A DNA stretch of 13,019 nucleotides from assembly GCA_031425655.1 (NCBI GenBank), contig JANPJS010000323.1, positions 1 to 13,019 of the forward strand, in the 5' to 3' direction. The translations under genes and the position numbers were made by a program. The notes under the pieces were generated by a model. That model ran no database searches. It saw only the letters and a list, made by a program, of their open reading frames with translations, and was not told the DNA's origin. This document shows positions 8,401 to 13,019 of this stretch, in pieces; position 1 is the first letter of the stretch; each line of letters opens with the position of its first letter. This DNA comes from Abditibacteriaceae bacterium. Lineage in GTDB: Bacteria; Armatimonadota; Abditibacteriia; Abditibacteriales; Abditibacteriaceae.

Positions 8401-11046
8401 CGGCTGCGTATGCACGACAACCAAGCGTTTTCCCAGAAGACCCGCCGCCATGATGAGTTTAAAGGTGGCGTTGGGCCGCGAATAAACGATGCCAATCGGC
8501 TCTTTCCAAGCCGCGCCGCCGCCCGGCGACATCGGCGCCATAAACCCGTATTCGACCGGCCCGGCGTCGGTTGACGCATCGAGAACCGTCATTTCGCTGA
8601 GGACGGAAAAGTAGCGCTGATCTAATGTGTCGTGCAGCGCCGTGCCCCGGCATTCAAAGCAAATCGTCGAGGCGTCAACGGCCAATTCCCCCGTCGCTTC
8701 GTTTTTGTAGTTGAGAGCCGGGTTGGTCTTCTTGAACTTCGGCGAAAAGCGTCCGCGTTCGGAACCCATGTCGGGCGCGAAAATCACGCGACCGGCGCTG
8801 TTGACCGAGAAGTTTTCGATTTCGGCGTCGGGTGTGCCGCCGCCTTTGGGGTCGCCGACGCGCGGGCCGACGAAGACGAATTCGGCCAATGGCGGTGTGC
8901 CTCTGGAAAACTGAGCGCGCTCGATAAAGGCGCCGCGCACGCCCGAATACGATTTATAATCCCCGCTGCGGTTGAGAATATGGCCCAGCGCCATCGTGCC
9001 TTTGAGGCTGCGCTGGTCGTCTAATCGCTGCGCTTCGCGTTCTTTTCTGCGGTCGAGTTTTTCCTGTTCCAACTTTGCTTTCAGCGGGCTGCTGCCCTGC
9101 AAAGCGGCGATCTCGGTTCGCATCCTCTGTTCTTCCGTCGCCGTGATGATCGGCTTCGACAGCGGCATATTTTCATCGGGAATCGGGGTGTCGGGCAGAA
9201 ACGACGAACCCATTTTCACGTTGCGATAAATCGCGCGTCCTACGGCGTAGCCGAAATTGAGCGAAAACAACGAGGAGTCCGGCAGCAAATCGAAGCCGAC
9301 GACCTTGTCTTTGGTCGCCTTTTCGTCGGGCAAGGGGCCGAACGCTTTGTTCATCACCCATGTGATGGTGCCGACTTGGCGCGCGAGGTTTTTGGTGTCT
9401 ACAAACTGCGGCAAATCGAAGGGCGTATCTTGCAGATTGCGCGCGTCGTTGGCGGTCACGAACGAGATGCCGGGCTTTTGCGCCATCGTCGCGGCCTCGC
9501 TGTCCATCGCCACCAGCGACGGCAGATAACTGCGCCACGAACGGCCATCTTTGCCGGTCACGCCGTTCACGTAAAAAGTTTCCGGCTGGACTTTGCGCAC
9601 GGCGGCTTCGTCTTCGACCCAATCGTCGAGTTGCTTGGCGAAATCCGCGAACTGGTTCAGCAAAATGTTCTCGGAGCCGGCGCCCATCTGGTTGTAAAAA
9701 ACCGATTTGGCGAACAAGCCGACGGTTGCGGTGCGCGAGGTTAAATCGAGGCCGATAAAGCCTTTATAAAACGCCGGCTCTTTGATGTCTTTGTTGTCTT
9801 TATCTTTTTTGGTCGGGCTTGCGCTGCCCGGAATTTCCTTGCCTTTAGCGTCTTTTTTCGCAGCCCTTTCGAGGAAGTGCTGCGCCAGAAAATTGCGAAC
9901 GCCCGCCAGCGCGATGTGATGCGCGCCGTTGGCCACGAAAAGCAAGGAATAGCGCTGCGGCTTAGCTCCGAAGGTGCGCGCAATTTCGAGCAGCGCGGCC
10001 ATGTTGCCGGCGGGTTCGGCGCCCGGCGCCAAATCGGGCGCGATGGACATCGAATCGAAATACGCGTCTATGACGAGCGTGTCGCCCGGCTTTTTGGCGA
10101 GCGCGGCATCGGTGCCCGGCACTTCGCCCAAAATGTTGCGGCCTTGCACGCGCTCCCATTTCACCAGAGAAAGCAGCGAAACCGCAGCCGGTTTTTGCGC
10201 CGCGCGCTGTGCGGGCGTGATAGGCTGGACAAGTTTTCCACCCGCCGCGATCAACTTTTTGTAGTCTGCCTCGGTGCCAACTCCGGCTACGTTTGCAAGC
10301 GGCAACCCCAACGTGCCCATCATGGCGTTCACTGTGGCTTTCGGTGCGTAAAAGCGGGGGAATTCGACGGGCAGATTCGAGAACTTGGTTTCAGCCTCGT
10401 TGCGCGCCGCAGGCGTGTCAGGTTCGAGGAAAATGACGGCCCGCGCGCCCAAATCGGCGGCGACCGTCCAGTTCATCGCGGAATCGAAGTCGAGCGCAAC
10501 GATGGAATTTTTGACGACTAAACCGTTGTAATCCGCAGGCCGTCCGGCGCCGCCGTAAATGAGCTGGCCGTCCAGCCCTTTTTCGGGCGTGCAGGGCGGA
10601 ATTACGCCATTGGGATACAGCGGCAAGAGCGGCATGGTGCGCCCGCCGATGGTGATCTGGCACTTTTTAGTAACCGGCACCGTGACGGGAAACTCTTCGT
10701 GGCGCACGTTTTTCAAGCCGAGCGCGCGAAAGCGATTTTCGATATGCTCTGCGGCTTTGATGTAATCCGCAGTGCCGGGCACGCGCGATTTAAACGCGGT
10801 CAGCGCCATGATGTCGGCTTTGATGCGGGCTTCAACGGCGGGGTCGAACGGCACGCCCTGCGCGAAGTTGGCAGTGTAAGCGACGGGCTTTTTGGTCGGA
10901 GCAGGTGCGGCGGAAGATTTAGCAGCCGGAGCAGGCGCCTGGGCGCTGGCTACGTTCGCATGATTGAGTGAGCGGCCTAAAAAGACCGTCACGCAAAGCA
11001 GTAAAAACAACGGCAAAAAGATAAAGCGGCGGGAGCCTGCCTTCAT
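5443..11046 (-). CDS. Giant multidomain membrane protein: signal peptide/anchor, PA domain, degenerate M28 peptidase-like domain, long extracytoplasmic region, TM block, MacB-like periplasmic domain and FtsX-type permease domain; 1867 aa
   Basis: N-terminal hydrophobic helix. M28-like SRVPGT..AAEHIENRFRALGL and NILGEVPG...LVIDAYFDS..APGAE..AALLEIAR..SLLFVANG. PA-like GQLIYGGAG..VKNSIVAL..AADLGARAVIF. MacB N-terminal motif ANMRRRPTRTALT. FtsX motif IANTMLGSVYERTREIGIYSSVGLAP..LFIAEA..LYPAWAASR. GAGG RBS at 11054-11057. Confidence 0.85.
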   Translation of the reverse strand: MKAGSRRFIFLPLFLLLCVTVFLGRSLNHANVASAQAPAPAAKSSAAPAPTKKPVAYTANFAQGVPFDPAVEARIKADIMALTAFKSRVPGTADYIKAAEHIENRFRALGLKNVRHEEFPVTVPVTKKCQITIGGRTMPLLPLYPNGVIPPCTPEKGLDGQLIYGGAGRPADYNGLVVKNSIVALDFDSAMNWTVAADLGARAVIFLEPDTPAARNEAETKFSNLPVEFPRFYAPKATVNAMMGTLGLPLANVAGVGTEADYKKLIAAGGKLVQPITPAQRAAQKPAAVSLLSLVKWERVQGRNILGEVPGTDAALAKKPGDTLVIDAYFDSMSIAPDLAPGAEPAGNMAALLEIARTFGAKPQRYSLLFVANGAHHIALAGVRNFLAQHFLERAAKKDAKGKEIPGSASPTKKDKDNKDIKEPAFYKGFIGLDLTSRTATVGLFAKSVFYNQMGAGSENILLNQFADFAKQLDDWVEDEAAVRKVQPETFYVNGVTGKDGRSWRSYLPSLVAMDSEAATMAQKPGISFVTANDARNLQDTPFDLPQFVDTKNLARQVGTITWVMNKAFGPLPDEKATKDKVVGFDLLPDSSLFSLNFGYAVGRAIYRNVKMGSSFLPDTPIPDENMPLSKPIITATEEQRMRTEIAALQGSSPLKAKLEQEKLDRRKEREAQRLDDQRSLKGTMALGHILNRSGDYKSYSGVRGAFIERAQFSRGTPPLAEFVFVGPRVGDPKGGGTPDAEIENFSVNSAGRVIFAPDMGSERGRFSPKFKKTNPALNYKNEATGELAVDASTICFECRGTALHDTLDQRYFSVLSEMTVLDASTDAGPVEYGFMAPMSPGGGAAWKEPIGIVYSRPNATFKLIMAAGLLGKRLVVVHTQPRAQHELEALAADTGKPAPTTAQKEVYPEGNGVFVPEDDQMPNPVIHVAYQTARDLWALDQMRIGLLKRFGINNERVDALHSAAGGGIDAKGKMKPSGVPDDSPLAETGRKNALTQADEALAALKYDQFYLAARRAFGLESRAYPDVEATSQDVLKGIIFYLALLLPFSFFLERLLFGFPDVRKQIMGTSLAFGLIFLGIRYVHPAFELALTPFIILLAFIILALTVVVTSFLSGKFEAEIKRLKQGVHFADVGRLSALGAAFGLGIANMRRRPTRTALTCVTLVLLTFTVLSFTSVTANISNFAKTWGDHTPQYQGVLVRQPDWGAMQQAAVNSMANEFTQSFDVVARRAWYLSRDQGEALQLRVSNVENPAKFFHAPALLGLTPEEAELGKLGSPITKTLVAGNWFQKDNRRDVCLMPLSQLQAPKQKAGTVAPADATLENTGPPLALTPENAVGKWVQVAGQQLQIIGVFDDSKWYPDEAAREAKAEPLYDIDGEEFTPVDYSNDQNKQAQQQNSLSGQKGEEVQVQRYQHMDANAMLILPYRTVLDLGGSTRSLAASFSENEKGQKELKDLMGRAALGIFGTDEDKDGALVAKLYSSVESAGYEGFASLVIPILIAALIIANTMLGSVYERTREIGIYSSVGLAPIHVAALFIAEAVVYAVLGSISGYLVAQAVAKVLTVYNLLPGITLNYSSSSAVIATLIVMLTVLLSTLYPAWAASRMSQPDIERRWKMSAPIGDIWRFQFPFTVSGQQPLGVAQFLCDFFNTHTDTSVGKFYTDKVHFTSLSLREAVEVLNEGVLMPEDMPPPTAKEAKIAAKAAAKAAAKAAEVAAAKAAKAAATKSESNGHATNGKAEEAAPPETVLLNLSGINAPPDTEVYRISMRVWLAPFDMGVSQDSDIVLLPSAEPGLYELQLRLARQSGEIAAWQRVNRGFISDLRKQLLLWRTIPRETQQEYILTGRAHVTGQIAPLEAPGTVVGSSTI
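5872..5968 (-). repeat. Ala/Lys low-complexity coding repeat (AKEAKIAAKAAAKAAAKAAEVAAAKAAKAAA) inside the giant permease
   Basis: Imperfect tandem GCAGCTTT(G/A)GC units on the + strand, in frame with the minus-strand CDS. Confidence 0.8.
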
Positions 11047-11108
11047 GCGTGAACCTCGTTGGGAAGTGCCATTAAACTTATCATAATGTCAAGCAGAGGC
11101 ACAAGACA

Positions 11109-11365
11109 TTAATGCAGCAGGGCAAACGCATACGACACAAAATAGGGTTTTGGGTGTTGGGTAGTGGGTGTTGGGTAGTGGGTGTTGGGTAGTGGGTGCG
11201 GACATGATCGTCTCGGTTCAGAATCCACAATCTAATGCAGGTTCGCAGGAGTTGTTGTTGGATAGCGGGGCTTTCACATTCTGAACAACAGCTCCTGCAA
11301 AGAGACGCTAACACCCAAAACCCAAAACCCTATTTGTGTCGTATGCGTTTGCCCTGCTTAATGCA
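11109..11365. mobile_element. MITE (non-autonomous element, about 240 bp, 11117/11118-11356/11357) with ISAs1-like termini and target-site duplication
   Basis: Inverted arms GCAGGGCAAACGCATACGACACAAA(A)TAGGGTTTTGGGT(G/T)TTGGGT at 11117-11162 and 11313-11357, differing by one bulge and one mismatch. Flanked by direct repeat TTAATGCA at 11109-11116 and 11358-11365. No transposase inside. Confidence 0.8.
11144..11198 (+). repeat. G-rich heptamer tandem array: (TGGGTGT TGGGTAG)x3 plus flanking partial units
   Basis: GGG tracts start at 11145, 11152, 11159, 11166, 11173, 11180, 11187 and 11194, an exact 7-nt period. Confidence 0.95.
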
Positions 11366-11408
11366 GTCTTCGCGCCCATCACCATTTCACCGCAAGCGAT
11401 TCGGGCAT

Positions 11409-11436
11409 TTGTTGCCTCACGCCTTTCGGTTAGAAT
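11409..11436 (+). promoter_or_regulatory. Putative sigma-70 promoter (TTGTTG-16 nt-TAGAAT) for the membrane protein/pilT operon
   Basis: TAGAAT at 11431-11436 ends 7 nt before the GTG at 11444; weak -35 TTGTTG at 11409-11414. Confidence 0.4.
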
Positions 11437-11443
11437 AATTGCC

Positions 11444-11914
11444 GTGCTGCCCGCATCCCCGACTTCCTCGCCGCCTCAAAACGCCAATCCTGCCGCCGAC
11501 CGTTTGCTGACCGGTTTAATCGTCGCTTCGATGCTCTACACGCTTCTGCTCGGCTGGGGCGTGCTGGCGAACGTGGTGCCGTTTCAATCGGCTTATTTGC
11601 TGATGGCTTTGCCTTGTCTGGCCCCGATTATTTGGTATGGCTACGGATTCGTAAAGGTCAACGAAGCCACACAAGATTTTGGACTGCTTTTATCGGCGCT
11701 GGGCTGGAGCTTCATCGCCATTTCGCTGCTGGTGCGGCACACAGCCCTCAACGCCGATTTACTGGCCTATCAACAGGGCGCGCAGATTGATAATCTGGGC
11801 GAGTCCACAGCCGCGAAGATTTGCACTTTAATCGGCCTGCTTTGCATCGCCGTCGGGGCAATCATGGCGTTTCAAGCGTGGTCGCGCGAAATGCGGCGCA
11901 ATTCGAGATTTTAG
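11444..11914 (+). CDS. Hypothetical membrane protein, about 4 TM helices, about 156 aa
   Basis: Four hydrophobic segments (LLTGLIVASMLYTLLLGWGVL; AYLLMALPCLAPIIWYGYGF; FGLLLSALGWSFIAISLLV; ICTLIGLLCIAVGAIMAF) and a basic C-terminal tail. Stop is 11 nt before pilT. The start (GTG 11444) is inferred. Confidence 0.7.
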   Translation: MLPASPTSSPPQNANPAADRLLTGLIVASMLYTLLLGWGVLANVVPFQSAYLLMALPCLAPIIWYGYGFVKVNEATQDFGLLLSALGWSFIAISLLVRHTALNADLLAYQQGAQIDNLGESTAAKICTLIGLLCIAVGAIMAFQAWSREMRRNSRF

Positions 11915-11925
11915 AAGGTTTCATC

Positions 11926-13002
11926 ATGGCGACAATAGACGTGGACGGCCTGCTCAAATTCGCATCCGAACAAAACGTGTCCGACGTGTTCTTCAAGGAA
12001 GGCGCGCCACCGGTTTTGCGTGTCAACGGCAGTATTCGCAAGCTCGATTTCGCGCCGCTGACGGCTGAAGACGTGGAAGGCGTGGCGCAGCACATCATGC
12101 CGCCCAAGCGTTGGGAAGAGTTTCTCGAACATCCCGATCACGACTGCGCTTACGTCATTCCCGGCATCGCGCGATTTCGCGTCAATGTTTATCGCCAGCG
12201 CGGCTCGGTAGCGATGTGCCTTCGCATCGTGCAGCTTAAAATCCGCACGTTTCAAGACCTCGGCCTGCCCGAAATCATCGCCGACTTAACGCGCCACAAA
12301 GATGGCTTAGTGCTGGTCACCGGGCCGACCGGTTCGGGCAAATCCACCACTTTGGCCGCGATGATTGACCTTTATAATCAGGAAAAGCGCGGCCACATCG
12401 TCACCATCGAAGACCCGATTGAATATGTGCATCCCGACAAAGGCTGCATCGTTTCGCAGCGCGAAGTCGGCATGGATACCGAAAAATTCGGCGATGCTTT
12501 GCGCGCTGCGCTGCGTGAAGCGCCCGACTTGATTCTGGTCGGAGAGTTGCGCGATCAGGAAACGATGGGCATCTGTTTGCAAGCGGCGGAAACCGGTCAC
12601 CTTGTGTTTTCCACGCTGCACACCGCGTCCGCCGCCGAATCGCTCGAACGCATTCTTTCGATGTTCCAGCCGCACGAAAAAGCCCTGGTGCAGCAACGCT
12701 TAGCCAAAACCCTGCGCGGCATTTTGTCGCAAAAGCTGGTGCCGACTATTGACGGCAAAGGCCGTCGCTGCGCCGTCGAAATCCTCAACGTCTCGCCGAC
12801 CGTCGCGCAATATCTGGAAGAAGGCCGCAGCGGCGCGATTTACACGGCCATCAAAGAAGGCGGCGCGCAGTGGAAAATGCAAACCATGAACATGGCGCTG
12901 GATGCGTATTACAAAGAAGGCGTGATTTCCGAGGAAGTCGCTTTGGAAAATGCCGGTTTGCGCTCCGAACTGCGCCAAATGCTACGCCGAACGACAGAAT
13001 GA
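11926..13002 (+). CDS. pilT: PilT/PilU-family type IV pilus retraction ATPase, 358 aa
   Basis: N-terminal SDVFFKEGAPPVLRVNG and RFRVNVYRQRG. Walker A GPTGSGKST, Asp box TIEDPIE, QREVGMDT, ALREAPD, Walker B LILVGE, His box TGHLVFSTLH, MQTMN. AGAAGG RBS upstream of the ATG at 11926. Confidence 0.93.
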   Translation: MATIDVDGLLKFASEQNVSDVFFKEGAPPVLRVNGSIRKLDFAPLTAEDVEGVAQHIMPPKRWEEFLEHPDHDCAYVIPGIARFRVNVYRQRGSVAMCLRIVQLKIRTFQDLGLPEIIADLTRHKDGLVLVTGPTGSGKSTTLAAMIDLYNQEKRGHIVTIEDPIEYVHPDKGCIVSQREVGMDTEKFGDALRAALREAPDLILVGELRDQETMGICLQAAETGHLVFSTLHTASAAESLERILSMFQPHEKALVQQRLAKTLRGILSQKLVPTIDGKGRRCAVEILNVSPTVAQYLEEGRSGAIYTAIKEGGAQWKMQTMNMALDAYYKEGVISEEVALENAGLRSELRQMLRRTTE

Positions 13003-13019
13003 GTTTTGAGTTTTGAGTT
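13000..13019 (+). repeat. Heptamer tandem repeat (TGAGTTT)n, truncated by the window edge
   Basis: TGAGTTT TGAGTTT TGAGTT begins at the pilT stop codon. Confidence 0.7.

Noticed and set aside
11064..11092. Perfect TTGACA (11087-11092, minus strand) upstream of the giant permease gene
   Set aside because: No convincing -10 hexamer at 16-18 nt spacing, so it is not called as a promoter, although it may be part of one.
11109..11366. CRISPR array or retron msr-msd interpretation of the repeat region
   Set aside because: No direct repeats separated by unique spacers, and no cas or reverse-transcriptase gene in the window. Terminal inverted repeats with a TSD explain it better.
11081..11438. Small ORFs 11081-11314 (-) and 11235-11438 (+) sharing the peptide LCRMRLPC, and the ATG 11336 start of the membrane protein
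   Set aside because: Artefacts of reading through the MITE inverted arms and heptamer repeats.
11821..11925. TTG 11821 start for the PilT ORF
   Set aside because: It overlaps the upstream membrane gene; ATG 11926 has an RBS and matches the usual PilT N-terminus.

Overview
Bacterial chromosomal window, GC-rich overall. From left to right: (1) the 3' end of a sigma-70 (RpoD/SigA-like) gene, then a bidirectional terminator hairpin; (2) a visibly more AT-rich two-gene cassette on the minus strand encoding a SLOG/DprA-like protein and a LEM-3-like GIY-YIG nuclease, driven by a perfect extended -10 promoter; (3) a secreted GH26 glycoside hydrolase; (4) a minus-strand two-gene operon: a 1867-aa exported/membrane protein fusing a PA domain and a degenerate, nicalin/nicastrin-like M28 peptidase domain to a MacB/FtsX-type permease, followed by an OPT-superfamily-like transporter, with no ABC ATPase in the operon; (5) a ~240-bp non-autonomous element (MITE) with ISAs1-type CAGGG ends, ~45-bp inverted arms, a target-site duplication, a G-rich heptamer array and nested hairpins; (6) a small 4-TM protein and a PilT/PilU-family ATPase, followed by a heptamer repeat at the window edge. 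The most interesting candidates are the pseudo-peptidase-permease plus OPT transport system, the SLOG plus GIY-YIG cassette and the structured MITE. All family assignments come from motif recognition by eye; no database search was run.
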